Program-made: the position numbers and the translations under genes
Source of the DNA: Candidatus Moraniibacteriota bacterium
GTDB lineage: Bacteria; Patescibacteriota; Minisyncoccia; Moranbacterales; UBA1568
DNA: 64,000 nt
NCBI GenBank assembly: GCA_013334575.1
Contig: JAAXXG010000002.1
Location: 69,377 to 133,376 of the forward strand
Direction: 5' to 3'
In this document: positions 10,364 to 20,090 of the stretch, in pieces
Layout of the letters: every line of letters starts with the position of its first letter
Position numbering within the stretch: position 1 is the stretch's first letter
The notes under the pieces: model-generated
Databases searched by the model: none
Told to the model about the DNA's origin: nothing
What the model saw: the letters and a program-made list of their open reading frames with translations, nothing else

Positions 10364-11629
10364 TCACTCCTTCCGCAGGGCTTCCATCGGAGAAAGACGG
10401 GAAGCGCGAACCGCGGGAGAGAGCCCGAACAGGACTCCTACCGCGACCGAGAACCCCGCCCCGAGCAGGAGCGAACGCGGTGTGAGTACAAGCGGAACGG
10501 AAAAGCCCGCGCGACCGAGGGCGAGCGACGACGCCCAGGTGAACGCGACACCGAGTGCGATACCGATAAGACCGCCGAGCCCCGTCACGATGACCGCCTC
10601 GACAAGAAACTGCGACAGGACGTCCCGTGATTTCGCACCGACCGCCTTGCGCAAGCCGATTTCGCCCGTACGCTCGGCAACTGAAACGTACATGACGTTC
10701 ATGATACCGACCCCCCCGACGATGAGCGAGATGGACGTGAGCGCGACCAGGAGGATCGAGATGGTCCCGACCACGTCGCCGAGGGTCTTCTGCGCCTCCT
10801 TGGTCGACGTCACCGCGAAATCGTCCCGCGATGGATCCTCGATATCGTGCTCCTTCCGAAGAAGCCGCGTGATGAGATCCACCGTCTCCTCCTCCCGTCC
10901 CGGGTCCTCCATGCGGACCGAGATCATCTGCACATAGTCGACACCGAGCAGCTTCTTCTGCAACGTCCGAATCGGAACGTATGCCATGGCGTCGAGGTCA
11001 AAGAAGGCGGCCGAGCCGCGTTTCCCGAGCGTGCCGATCACCCGGTACCGCTCTCCGGAAATCGTGACAGACTCCCCGACCGCGTCGCGGTCCCCGAAGA
11101 ACGACCGCTTCACCCCGTATCCGAGGACGATGACCCTGGAAAGGCTCTCATCCTCCTCGGACGAATAGAACCGACCGCTCTCGAGCTTCAGGTTGGAATC
11201 GACGAGCGGCGCACCGGCGCCGGCGCCGAACAGCATGACCCGTTTTCCGACGGAACCATAGGTAGCCCGTTCCTGCGCGATACTGCCGGCGTACGAAGCC
11301 AGGACGTTCGGTAGCCGATCGACCCGTTCCTCGTCGTCGAGCGTCAGCGTGGTTATCTGAATACCCTGCGCAATACCGCCGGAGTTTTCCGTCGAGGTCT
11401 TGCCGGTATTAGGCACCTTGACCTCGATCTGGATCAGGTCCGTCCCAAATGTCTCGACCAGGCCGGTGACATACCCCTTCACCCCGTCGCCGAGCGACAT
11501 GATCACGACTACCGCGAAGACACCGACGACCACGCCAAGCAGTGCGAGCGCGGTCCGCGCCTTGTGCGTACGGATGGTCCGGACCGCGAAGAGCACCGGA
11601 CGGAAAAAGGTGGATCGGAAGAGAGACAT
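10364..11629 (-). CDS. MacB/FtsX-type ABC transporter permease
   Basis: ISLIVGGVGIMNVMYVSVAERTGEIGLRKAVGA; C-terminal SPMEALRKE. Confidence 0.92.
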   Translation of the reverse strand: MSLFRSTFFRPVLFAVRTIRTHKARTALALLGVVVGVFAVVVIMSLGDGVKGYVTGLVETFGTDLIQIEVKVPNTGKTSTENSGGIAQGIQITTLTLDDEERVDRLPNVLASYAGSIAQERATYGSVGKRVMLFGAGAGAPLVDSNLKLESGRFYSSEEDESLSRVIVLGYGVKRSFFGDRDAVGESVTISGERYRVIGTLGKRGSAAFFDLDAMAYVPIRTLQKKLLGVDYVQMISVRMEDPGREEETVDLITRLLRKEHDIEDPSRDDFAVTSTKEAQKTLGDVVGTISILLVALTSISLIVGGVGIMNVMYVSVAERTGEIGLRKAVGAKSRDVLSQFLVEAVIVTGLGGLIGIALGVAFTWASSLALGRAGFSVPLVLTPRSLLLGAGFSVAVGVLFGLSPAVRASRLSPMEALRKE

Positions 11630-11633
11630 GGCT

Positions 11634-12527
11634 TCAGGCGACCGGAGGGATACCCTTCGAGGCGGCGCGACGCCTCAGGAAGAGTATCGTCCGCGAGATG
11701 ATCCGGACGACGACGAGCGTCGCGACGAGCGCGACCGAACCGGCATACATGACCCGCGCCCATCCGTGAACGGAGTCCGTACCGCTCATGAACCCGTGCA
11801 GGACGAACAGCGGATAGGCGGCGAAGCTGGCATAATGGACGATACGCCATGACCGGGCCGGAAGCTTCGAACGGAATTCCGCGGTCAGGATAAGCGCGAC
11901 GACGAGATAGAACGCGATCACCCCGAGCGCGACCGGAATCCGGACATCGAACCCGGCGGAAGAGACGAGCCCCTCCCGGGAGAACAGAAACGGTACGAGC
12001 GCTTCGACCGGGGTCAGTCGGAGGAAGCCGTCGAACATGAGGCTCACGAAGTGGAGCACGACGGCGACCAGTCCGGCAAGCGATATCGATCGATGCAGTT
12101 CGTACGCATCCACACCGGGAATGAGACGGGTAAACGCACGCGACGAAATGATGAGGCCGAACACGACCGAAAGCGTAAGCAATCCGAAGGCGGCCACTCC
12201 CGCAGCACGACCGAAGTACCACGGATATTTCTCCGGCTGCCCGGAGATGCCCGGATCCGAGAAATCGCTCGCGGAAACGGTGCGGACGTCGGCGGACAAG
12301 GGGTCCGTCCCGTCGGTCACCTCCTGACCGTCCGATATGCCGTCCCCGTCCGTGTCGGCGTTCGCCGGGTCCGTGTGATAGATCGATATCTCCCCGTCAT
12401 CCGTCAACCCGTCGATATCGGCATCCTTGACCGCCGCCCGGGCGACGGATGTCAAAGAGAGCGTGATGATGATCGTGGCGACGGCAAGCGAAACGGAAAA
12501 CCGGCTATTTTTCGTCGGTTTCGGCAT
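11634..12527 (-). CDS. Ferric-reductase-like (MsrQ-type) transmembrane protein with N-terminal Ca-binding DxDxDG repeats
   Basis: Signal peptide; DADIDGLTD..DTDGDGISDG; four His (LHRS, VLHF, VHYA, LHGF) and GTD. Confidence 0.85.
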   Translation of the reverse strand: MPKPTKNSRFSVSLAVATIIITLSLTSVARAAVKDADIDGLTDDGEISIYHTDPANADTDGDGISDGQEVTDGTDPLSADVRTVSASDFSDPGISGQPEKYPWYFGRAAGVAAFGLLTLSVVFGLIISSRAFTRLIPGVDAYELHRSISLAGLVAVVLHFVSLMFDGFLRLTPVEALVPFLFSREGLVSSAGFDVRIPVALGVIAFYLVVALILTAEFRSKLPARSWRIVHYASFAAYPLFVLHGFMSGTDSVHGWARVMYAGSVALVATLVVVRIISRTILFLRRRAASKGIPPVA

Positions 12528-13467
12528 ACACATAGGGTTTCATGAGGTCATTATACATCGTCCGACCGTCATCCGTCACCAGGAACATCGGGAGCGCGTG
12601 TCGCCTCGCGAACGGTTCCGCCTCGGAGGAACCCAGGATACAGAGCGACTTGGCGAACGTCTCCGCGCGGATGACCGACTCCGAGACCACCGTCGCCGAA
12701 ACGATATCCGTCTCCGCGCTCTTCCCCGTCCTCGGATCGATCAGGTGGTGCCGGACCCTCCCGTCGACCGTCGTCCATCGGCGCCGATCGGTTCCGGATG
12801 TCGCCACCGCCCGGTCGGACAGGATGAGTAACGCCGCGGAACCCGACCTGCCGACCGGATCCGCAACGTCGATCGCCCAATACGGATTCCCCTTCTCCGC
12901 GTCTCCGCCGGCAGCAAACATGTCGCCGCCCGCATCGATCAGGAAATCGGTATATCCGCGCTCACGCAGGAGACACGCTGCCCGATCGACCGCATACCCC
13001 TTCGCGATTCCGCCGAAATCGATCCGGACGCCGTCCGGCACGCGGACTTCGCCGTCCTCCCGGAGCACGATATCCCCGAACCGGAACGGCGCGACGGATC
13101 CGCGTTCTCCGAGAATCCCAAAAGCTTCGGTCCCGAAGCTACCGACGTATCCTTCGGACTCGAGCGACGGCAGAATCGCGGGATCGAAGAGTCCTTCCGT
13201 CTCCCGATAATACGAAAAGGAGTCCGCCAGCAAACGTCGGAACTCGGACGACGGGCGACGATTCGATCCGGCATTGAATCTCGACAGTTCGCTTTCCGGA
13301 TCGAATCGTCCGAACCGCCGTTCGACATCCCGGAACGAGACGAACACGTCGGCGAGATCACGAGACATGCGCCTCTCGTCTCGGCTACCGGAAACGAGCC
13401 TCACGAACACGTCGGTCCTCATGATCTCGCCGCGGAGCTCCCTTTCAACGGACCGGTAATCTTCCAT
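12505..13467 (-). CDS. apbE: FAD:protein FMN transferase (ApbE family)
   Basis: SELSRFN, DFGGIAKGYAVD, DAGGD, AVATSG, HHLIDPRTG. Confidence 0.92.
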   Translation of the reverse strand: MEDYRSVERELRGEIMRTDVFVRLVSGSRDERRMSRDLADVFVSFRDVERRFGRFDPESELSRFNAGSNRRPSSEFRRLLADSFSYYRETEGLFDPAILPSLESEGYVGSFGTEAFGILGERGSVAPFRFGDIVLREDGEVRVPDGVRIDFGGIAKGYAVDRAACLLRERGYTDFLIDAGGDMFAAGGDAEKGNPYWAIDVADPVGRSGSAALLILSDRAVATSGTDRRRWTTVDGRVRHHLIDPRTGKSAETDIVSATVVSESVIRAETFAKSLCILGSSEAEPFARRHALPMFLVTDDGRTMYNDLMKPYVYAETDEK

Positions 13468-13927
13468 ATGCGTCAACGATGCCGTCGTGATCGGCGTCGG
13501 TCCCGTTCTCGGAATAGGCCAGGTCGTCCTCGTCGGGATGCCGATCGAATACGTTCGGGACGGCATCGCCATCGTCGTCCGTGAAGTACTCCCATTGCGG
13601 AACCTTCGGGTCCGGATCGAGCGCATCGACCAGCCGGTCGCCATCGGAATCCGTCCGGTACTCTTCCGGCATCACGAGGACCGTCCTCGTCACCTGTCGC
13701 GTCTCGTATCGCGTCTCCCAGACCGTGACCGTCCCGCCGGATGAGGATCCGTCACCGTCATCTTCCCCGTCATCATCCTCCCCGTCATCTTCGTCGTCCT
13801 CGCCGAGCACATACGCCTGCTGGACGAACCCGGATGGGATACGAAATGACGGCACGAGCACCGAGACGACTGCCGACAGCATCGCGAACGTCGCGATCAA
13901 CAGCATCCGGAACCTCAGTCGTTCCAT
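13445..13927 (-). CDS. Small exported acidic protein with DxDxD (TSP3-like) repeats
   Basis: N-terminal TM; EDDEDDGEDDDG tract; DSDGDRLVD, DDDGDAVP, DADHDGIVD. Confidence 0.7.
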   Translation of the reverse strand: MERLRFRMLLIATFAMLSAVVSVLVPSFRIPSGFVQQAYVLGEDDEDDGEDDDGEDDGDGSSSGGTVTVWETRYETRQVTRTVLVMPEEYRTDSDGDRLVDALDPDPKVPQWEYFTDDDGDAVPNVFDRHPDEDDLAYSENGTDADHDGIVDAYGRLPVR

Positions 13928-13932
13928 ACGCG

Positions 13933-14313
13933 TCAGGATGATGATTTCGTCGTCCGACTGCTCGACGGCTTCGTCACCGGAACCTGGACCGGTACCGTCT
14001 CGGTGACCGTCTTGGTCGTCGTCTGCCGGCTCTCCTCGACGAGCGCCGGTTGCCTGCCGAGCAGTTCGTCATATCTCGCGCGGGCATCCTCCATGAGGCG
14101 GCGGAGTCCGTCGCGCTCGGAGGCGATCCGACCGAGGTATGCCTCTCTCGCGTCGCCCTGCACGCGCAGTGACGTGAGAAAATCGTCGAGCCTCGCGTCC
14201 CGGGCCTCGAGCCGCTTTTCCTCCTCTCCATGTAACACGGCGAACGTCGCTCCCCCGAGCAGTGCGAGCGATGCCGCCGCGACAACCGACCTGATTTCCC
14301 AGATCCGTTTCAT
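13933..14313 (-). CDS. Membrane-anchored coiled-coil protein with T/P linker, ending SRTTKSSS
   Basis: N-terminal TM; in operon with apbE. Confidence 0.7.
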   Translation of the reverse strand: MKRIWEIRSVVAAASLALLGGATFAVLHGEEEKRLEARDARLDDFLTSLRVQGDAREAYLGRIASERDGLRRLMEDARARYDELLGRQPALVEESRQTTTKTVTETVPVQVPVTKPSSSRTTKSSS

Positions 14314-14357
14314 CTCCGTCACGTTAGTACTCGTATCATACCACAAAAAAGACCGGA

Positions 14358-14594
14358 CTACGGTCCGGCCTCGATCTCCCGAACACTCCGCACAGCCTCC
14401 TGCCCGGGAGCTTCTTCGGATTCGACGCGCTCCTCGATGCTCTCGTCGTTCATGCCGCTCACGACCGAGACCAAGTCCCTGACCCTGGGATGTTCCATGA
14501 ACGGGCTCGACGGAGCGATAACAAGCGATACGAGAAAGGTCGCCACCAGCATGGCGCGGTATCGTTTCCTGATTCGGTGAAAACCTCGCTTCAT
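14358..14594 (-). CDS. Small membrane-anchored hypothetical protein
   Basis: Basic N-terminus, single TM; fills the operon gap. Confidence 0.5.
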   Translation of the reverse strand: MKRGFHRIRKRYRAMLVATFLVSLVIAPSSPFMEHPRVRDLVSVVSGMNDESIEERVESEEAPGQEAVRSVREIEAGP

Positions 14595-14615
14595 ACGCCG
14601 CAAAACATCATCTTC

Positions 14616-14867
14616 TTACGAGGCACGCGTCGAGCGAGTCGGCGTCGGCACCGACTGAGTCGCCGCTTCGCCCTTCGATACCGTGGTTGCCGTACCGGAC
14701 GAAGCACCGGCACCGGTCGATACGTCCAGAGCCGACGGACGGGACGCCGGTACCGTCGATCCTGTCGACGACTTCACTTCGGTCTTCGAGAAGACCCAGA
14801 GGAAGACTCCGCCGAATATTCCCGCCACAGCGAGTGTCGATATCACGATTATACCGATCCTTTTCAT
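14616..14867 (-). CDS. Small membrane-anchored S/T-rich protein ending TRSTRAS
   Basis: MKRIGIIVI TM followed by a disordered S/T/A/P tail. Confidence 0.7.
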   Translation of the reverse strand: MKRIGIIVISTLAVAGIFGGVFLWVFSKTEVKSSTGSTVPASRPSALDVSTGAGASSGTATTVSKGEAATQSVPTPTRSTRAS

Positions 14868-14953
14868 ACCATTGGTACGTTACCGTTTTTCGGAACCCGT
14901 CGCGGTCTCCCAACCGCTCCACCGGATACTACGGGCGCTCCGAAACCAGGTTT

Positions 14954-16195
14954 TCACTCGTACCGCAGCGCCTCTATAGGCGGAATCCGCGATGCTCGCC
15001 ACGCAGGAAAAAGCCCGAAGACGAATCCGACCGAGAGCGACACGGCGAGTCCAATAAGAACGGACGATACGGGAACGATAAACTCCCACTCATACCCGAG
15101 CCGCGGGATGATGACCGACGCCAGGTAGGCCACAAGGATACCGAACGCGACCCCTGCCGCCCCGCCGAGCCCCGCAATGAACGCCGACTCGATAAGGAAC
15201 TGTGTCATGATGTGACGCGGCCGGGCACCGACCGCCTTGCGCAGGCCGACCTCGCGGATGCGCTGATTCACCGCGATGAGCATCGAGTTCATGATGCCGA
15301 TCCCGCCGACGAGCAGTGAGATGGAGGCGATCGCCGTCAGGAAGTACGTGAGCACGTTCGTGACGTTTCCCAGGACCTCGAGCGCCTGTGCGGTGCTGCG
15401 GACCGAAAAGTCCGACTCTTCGCCATCCTCGAGATCGTGCCGGTCGCGCAGGAGTGTCGCGATGTCCTCCATCGCGCGGTCGATGTGCGACGTGTCGTCG
15501 ATCTTGGCACGGGCGAAGTTGAGGTAGTCGATGCCAAGCAGCGTCTTCTGCGCCGTCGCGAGCGGGACATAGACGAGGTTGTCCGGATTGGAAAACGTGG
15601 ACGACCCGCGAGCCGCCAGCACGCCGACCACGCGGAACGGGATATCCTTGATGACGAGCGTCGATCCGAGCGCGCCGCCGTTCGGAAACAGCTCATCGGC
15701 CCGCGTCGAGCCGAGCACGGCGACACGGGAGAGATCCTCTTCTTCCTCGAGGAAGAAGAATCTCCCCTCGGAGACCTCCATGTTCTCGATCGAGACCGCA
15801 TCCGGCGACACCCCCTGATAACTCGTCACGAAGGACTCCCCGGACGACTCGACCACCGCCGATCCCGAGACGTAGCCGCTCGCGGCGACCAGATCCGGCA
15901 CGTTGGCCTTCTGGCGAAGCGCCTTGAGATCCCCGTTCTTGAGCGTGGTCGTAACGATGCCCATCGCGCTCGCCGGCGGTCCGTTCTCTTCCGACGCGCC
16001 GGGAAGGATGCCGACGAGGTTCGACCCGACCTTCTCGACCTGCGAGAGGATGAGTGCCTGCGCCGAGGCGCCGATCGACATGACGAGGATGACCGCCGCG
16101 ACCCCGATGACGACGCCGAGCACGGTCAGGAAGAACCGCAGTTTGGCGGCACGGAGCGAACGAAGCGCGATCTTGATCGGATCGGAGAATTTCAT
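14954..16195 (-). CDS. MacB/FtsX-type ABC transporter permease
   Basis: LTVLGVVIGVAAV; ISLLVGGIGIMNSML..RIREVGLRKAVGA; PIEALRYE. Confidence 0.93.
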   Translation of the reverse strand: MKFSDPIKIALRSLRAAKLRFFLTVLGVVIGVAAVILVMSIGASAQALILSQVEKVGSNLVGILPGASEENGPPASAMGIVTTTLKNGDLKALRQKANVPDLVAASGYVSGSAVVESSGESFVTSYQGVSPDAVSIENMEVSEGRFFFLEEEEDLSRVAVLGSTRADELFPNGGALGSTLVIKDIPFRVVGVLAARGSSTFSNPDNLVYVPLATAQKTLLGIDYLNFARAKIDDTSHIDRAMEDIATLLRDRHDLEDGEESDFSVRSTAQALEVLGNVTNVLTYFLTAIASISLLVGGIGIMNSMLIAVNQRIREVGLRKAVGARPRHIMTQFLIESAFIAGLGGAAGVAFGILVAYLASVIIPRLGYEWEFIVPVSSVLIGLAVSLSVGFVFGLFPAWRASRIPPIEALRYE

Positions 16196-16390
16196 GTATC
16201 AGACAGCGATGAGCAGATAACATTTAACGACAGACTATGAGATTCAACTCGATGAAAAAATATGAATACATCGACTATCAATCCTCGAGACCTTTTCGTC
16301 CGTAATGATACCGATGGCCGGAAAATGGAATAATTACAGGACTTCATTTCGGTGCCCCGTTATCTGTTCATCGATATCTGTTATCTGACC

Positions 16391-17113
16391 TTATTTCAAC
16401 GTCACCTCGCCGTCCCGGGCGATACGGCGGTTCGTAACCGGCTCGTCGCCGACGATGCGCCCGTCCGCGACACGGAGGATGCGCTTGGCATGCTCCGCGG
16501 TCAGCGTCTCGTGCGTCACGAGGATGACCGTCCGCCCCGCATCATTGAGCTGCTGAAGGATCTTCATGACCTGGAGCCCCGACTTCGAATCGAGGTTTCC
16601 AGTCGGCTCGTCCGCGAAGACGATGTCCGGATCGTTCACGAGCGCGCGGGCGATCGCTACACGCTGCTTCTCGCCACCGGAAAGCTGTCCGGAAAAGTAC
16701 TTCGCCCGGTGGGTCATGCCGACTGCCTCGAGTGCCGCCGCGACGCGCTTCCCGTTCCGCTCGGTCGGATCCTCGTCGTAGAGAAGCGGCAACTCGACGT
16801 TCTCCTCGACCGTCGTCTTGGGCAGCAGGTTGAACGCCTGGAACACGAACCCGATCCGTCGGTTCCGGAGTCCCGCGAGCTCGTCGTCGGAAAGCTCGGT
16901 CGCGTTGCGGCCGTCGAGCAGGTAGGTCCCGCAGTCCGACCGTTCGAGCAGTCCCAGGATGTGCATAAGGGTCGACTTGCCCGAGCCCGAGGGTCCCATG
17001 ATCGCGACGAACTCCCCTTTCTCCACGGAGAACGACACGTCATGAAGCACGGAGGTCCGGACACCTTCGTTCTCGTACGTCTTGCAGAGATCCTTCACGG
17101 AGATGAGAGGCAT
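16391..17113 (-). CDS. ABC transporter ATP-binding protein (MacB/LolD type)
   Basis: [30 protein letters not shown]. Confidence 0.95.
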   Translation of the reverse strand: MPLISVKDLCKTYENEGVRTSVLHDVSFSVEKGEFVAIMGPSGSGKSTLMHILGLLERSDCGTYLLDGRNATELSDDELAGLRNRRIGFVFQAFNLLPKTTVEENVELPLLYDEDPTERNGKRVAAALEAVGMTHRAKYFSGQLSGGEKQRVAIARALVNDPDIVFADEPTGNLDSKSGLQVMKILQQLNDAGRTVILVTHETLTAEHAKRILRVADGRIVGDEPVTNRRIARDGEVTLK

Positions 17114-17214
17114 GTCCGAAATAAAGCGTTATCGTTACCATTGTAACACAAATCCTTTCCAATGAACCGGAATGGACCAAGATCTCCGAGTCCGACCGAG
17201 AATCGTGTTTTTTC

Positions 17215-17272
17215 GATTTCACGAAAAAAACATAGCTCAATAAAGCCATGATTTCAGCCATTATTTCATTTC
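17215..17272. repeat. 58-bp palindromic junction element, copy 2 (divergent)
   Basis: GATTTCACG-A7-CATAGCT-CAATAA-AGCCATG...ATTTC; gapless alignment to copy 4. Confidence 0.6.
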
Positions 17273-17290
17273 GACCCTATCCCATTCTCC

Positions 17291-17337
17291 GCGATATTTC
17301 CGTCGAGGAACCGGGCGGTCGTATTCCTGATGTTCCC
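17291..17337 (-). pseudogene. Frameshifted duplicate of the 3' end of the 17873 gene
   Basis: Matches 17892-17937 (encodes EHQEYDR.FLDG). Confidence 0.75.
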
Positions 17338-17392
17338 ACTCAAGCGGTTCTGATTAGCAAAAGATCCGCAAGTGATCTTTTGCTTGCGGATC

Positions 17393-17773
17393 TTATATCA
17401 CCGGAACCGATGGTGACGGATTCGATTCCCGCCACTCCTTAACACACTGCTCCACCGCGTCTTCATGATGCCGAACAGTCACGCTCACGTCTCCGATTTT
17501 CAGTACTTGTATTTTCATTACTTCTAAATATAATTGTCCCCCTTTCTCGACATGAAAAATATTATTTCCTAGCAAGTCGTCGGGTTTTTCCGTACAGATG
17601 ATAGTCGGAACGTCGATTATGCGGAAACACGCTCTTCCTCTAATTTTTCCGACATACGGCCCGATAAGCTCGCCGGATTCCCCTGGCTTGATGACGACAT
17701 CCGGTCCGTATTCGCAATCATGTACTGTCGCGTATGCGATCACGTTAAACGACGTTGCGTTGATAATTTTCAT
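17393..17773 (-). CDS. Hypothetical protein (accessory, AT-rich)
   Basis: ORF with GAGG SD-like site and consensus promoter. Confidence 0.6.
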   Translation of the reverse strand: MKIINATSFNVIAYATVHDCEYGPDVVIKPGESGELIGPYVGKIRGRACFRIIDVPTIICTEKPDDLLGNNIFHVEKGGQLYLEVMKIQVLKIGDVSVTVRHHEDAVEQCVKEWRESNPSPSVPVI

Positions 17774-17827
17774 CCTACACCTCGGATTTATTTTTTGATG
17801 GATTATGCTGAAAAACTACAACCGATG

Positions 17828-17856
17828 AGAATACTGCCGTTTGAAAATATTGTCAA
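17828..17856 (-). promoter_or_regulatory. sigma70 promoter
   Basis: TTGACA-17 bp-TATTCT. Confidence 0.65.
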
Positions 17857-17872
17857 CATCGGCAATATGTTC

Positions 17873-18373
17873 TCATCCTTTCCTCAAATTGGCGATATAT
17901 CCGTCAAGAAACCGGCGGTCGTATTCCTGATGTTCCCCGTCGAGGTGTTCCTTGTACTCGCGCAGCACCCGAGGGTCCATGAGCATGACAGAGACATTGT
18001 CGATCTCCATCCTCACGTCCGGATATCGGCCGTAGATCTCCCGGTTCCGGATCCACACCGCCCCGCCCTTGTCGCGCATGAGAAGCGTATCGGCGTCGGT
18101 CAGGTCGATGTCCTGTCCGTGATACGAGAGCGAGAGCGTCTCACAGTCCCACTTCTCGGTCAGATAGTGCTTCGGTCCCGCGACGATATACTCCTTCACA
18201 AGCGGGACGATGACCGGAAAAACCTTGCCGGAAATCGAGATGTCGATATCGTTCACCGGACGACCGGAACCGTAGAGCGCGGTCGCGAGTCCCCCGCCGA
18301 TCTGATACGGCACTCCGACCCCGTCGAGCACCCCGACAATCCATTTCATTGCATTGATGGTTTTCGTGATCAC
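17873..18373 (-). CDS. Nucleotidyltransferase-fold protein
   Basis: YQIGGGLA..LYGS.R...DIDI motif. Confidence 0.7.
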   Translation of the reverse strand: MITKTINAMKWIVGVLDGVGVPYQIGGGLATALYGSGRPVNDIDISISGKVFPVIVPLVKEYIVAGPKHYLTEKWDCETLSLSYHGQDIDLTDADTLLMRDKGGAVWIRNREIYGRYPDVRMEIDNVSVMLMDPRVLREYKEHLDGEHQEYDRRFLDGYIANLRKG

Positions 18374-18428
18374 ACACGTTCAAATATTATTTACCGATCC
18401 CGTGCCCCGATAAGAACATACCACCTCT

Positions 18429-19181
18429 TCACAAGACAGACACCCTTCCCAACAGCGGTCTCATGTAGTGATCAAACTTTCCCGGTCCGGACACCAGGAA
18501 TTCGCTGACGGACCCCTTCGGCAGATAGATGAGCGATCCGAATTCGGGAACCTCCCCCTTCTCGATCAGTTCCTCTTCAAACCGGGCATAATGCTCGGCA
18601 AATTCCGCCGCAGTCAACCGAAGCTTCAGCAAGAAAATCACCGCGATCGAATGGATGCCCGAATCATAACGAAGATACCCGGCATCAAGCCGCAGAACAG
18701 CCTTTCGGTCCTCGGACTCGATCCCGACTTCCTCCCGAAGCTCCCTCCCGATACCGTGTTTCATGTCGATTGCGTTTTCCCGAACATCTTCGAAGTCCAG
18801 ACCTCCGCCTACGCACTGGATATTTCCGGGATCGGACGTATGCTCGGCCATCCTGCCGAAAACGAGCACGTCATCCGCTGCCTCAATCAGACACGACGTA
18901 TGGATATTCTTGCAGGCGTACTTTTCAGGAAGCCCTACCCTCCTGGTATAGACATAGTGGGCATAATCCGAAAGATCGACAGCCACTCTCACCTCGCCGC
19001 CACGCTCTTCTATGCCCGAGATGGTAAAGACCTCGCCGCGAGTATACCGTTTCCCCTCCGCCATCAGTCCGTTCCAATACTCGTCGACCGCCTTTTGCGT
19101 CTCTGCCGGCAACATGAACCGATTCCCGGTATATGTCACGATCGGCTCGGACTTCAGTTCCAGAAGCGTATCTGACAGCAT
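18429..19181 (-). CDS. NUDIX-superfamily hydrolase
   Basis: GGGLDFED...RELREEVGI. Confidence 0.75.
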   Translation of the reverse strand: MLSDTLLELKSEPIVTYTGNRFMLPAETQKAVDEYWNGLMAEGKRYTRGEVFTISGIEERGGEVRVAVDLSDYAHYVYTRRVGLPEKYACKNIHTSCLIEAADDVLVFGRMAEHTSDPGNIQCVGGGLDFEDVRENAIDMKHGIGRELREEVGIESEDRKAVLRLDAGYLRYDSGIHSIAVIFLLKLRLTAAEFAEHYARFEEELIEKGEVPEFGSLIYLPKGSVSEFLVSGPGKFDHYMRPLLGRVSVL

Positions 19182-19201
19182 ATCGATACGGTTAAATAGG
19201 T

Positions 19202-19906
19202 CTAGGAAAGAATATTTGCGACCACTCTTACCATATCCTCGCGAAATGACCCGGTAAAGTCGTGCGTACCGGGAGTCGATATGACACGCATATCCGAAAG
19301 CGGGCGGGGAAGTTCGGCATCACCAAGAATCTCGTCATCCTGTGCCCGGACGAGGTACAGTTCGGTCTTCGCTGAAAATGCCTCATAGAGCGCAGGATGG
19401 TCGAGCGATTCTCGCTCCTTCCAGTACTCGGCTGGAACGATCGTAACCGTTCCGTCGGTGCGGGGCAATCGCGATACGCCATCAAGGTCGATGACCGCGC
19501 CCGGCTTTCCCTTGTAGCGCGCGATCGAACGGCGGATATCCGTCATGAACGGCGGAGCGAGAAATACCGCCTTTCGGATGCCGTCCGAATTCGCAAGCGC
19601 AGCCGTGATACAGCCCTGCGAATGTGCCACGAGGTCAATAACCGCTTCGGGATCCTGATTTCTGATTTCGCCGATCGTCTCGCTCAACCTCCGGACCTGA
19701 TCGCTAAACGGATGAACATGAAGTATCTTCCCGTCCTCGGACAGATCATTGTAGTCGAACATGACCGGAACGTATCCAACCCCGAGACCCTTCGCGATAT
19801 CCGCGAACAGCCCATCTCCGCCGCCATCCTTCCGCACGCCGAATCCGTGAGAAAAGACGACGTATCGGTGCATACCATGTTCAGGTAATTCTGTTTCGTC
19901 GTTCAT
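19202..19906 (-). CDS. Alpha/beta hydrolase
   Basis: FSHGFG oxyanion motif, AHSQG nucleophile elbow, DEIL, THDF. Confidence 0.85.
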   Translation of the reverse strand: MNDETELPEHGMHRYVVFSHGFGVRKDGGGDGLFADIAKGLGVGYVPVMFDYNDLSEDGKILHVHPFSDQVRRLSETIGEIRNQDPEAVIDLVAHSQGCITAALANSDGIRKAVFLAPPFMTDIRRSIARYKGKPGAVIDLDGVSRLPRTDGTVTIVPAEYWKERESLDHPALYEAFSAKTELYLVRAQDDEILGDAELPRPLSDMRVISTPGTHDFTGSFREDMVRVVANILS

Positions 19907-20090
19907 AAGAGTAATAAATACTCGGACCCGGCATCTGTCTTACCGGATTTGACCCGAAATACGTCTACCTCCATCCTGAAGTCAAACCTTTTCCCGCGAG
20001 CGTCAAAATTGATTCAGGATTACAGCGGAAATAGACAGCGCCTCCTTCAAGATTCTCACACCGAAAACCCGCTTGTAAAGCGGGTTTCGC

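Noticed and set aside
14700-14730. Canonical flavinylation motif in the 83-aa protein (DVSTGAG)
   Set aside because: The acceptor position is Gly, not Ser/Thr, so it does not meet [S/T]GA[S/T]
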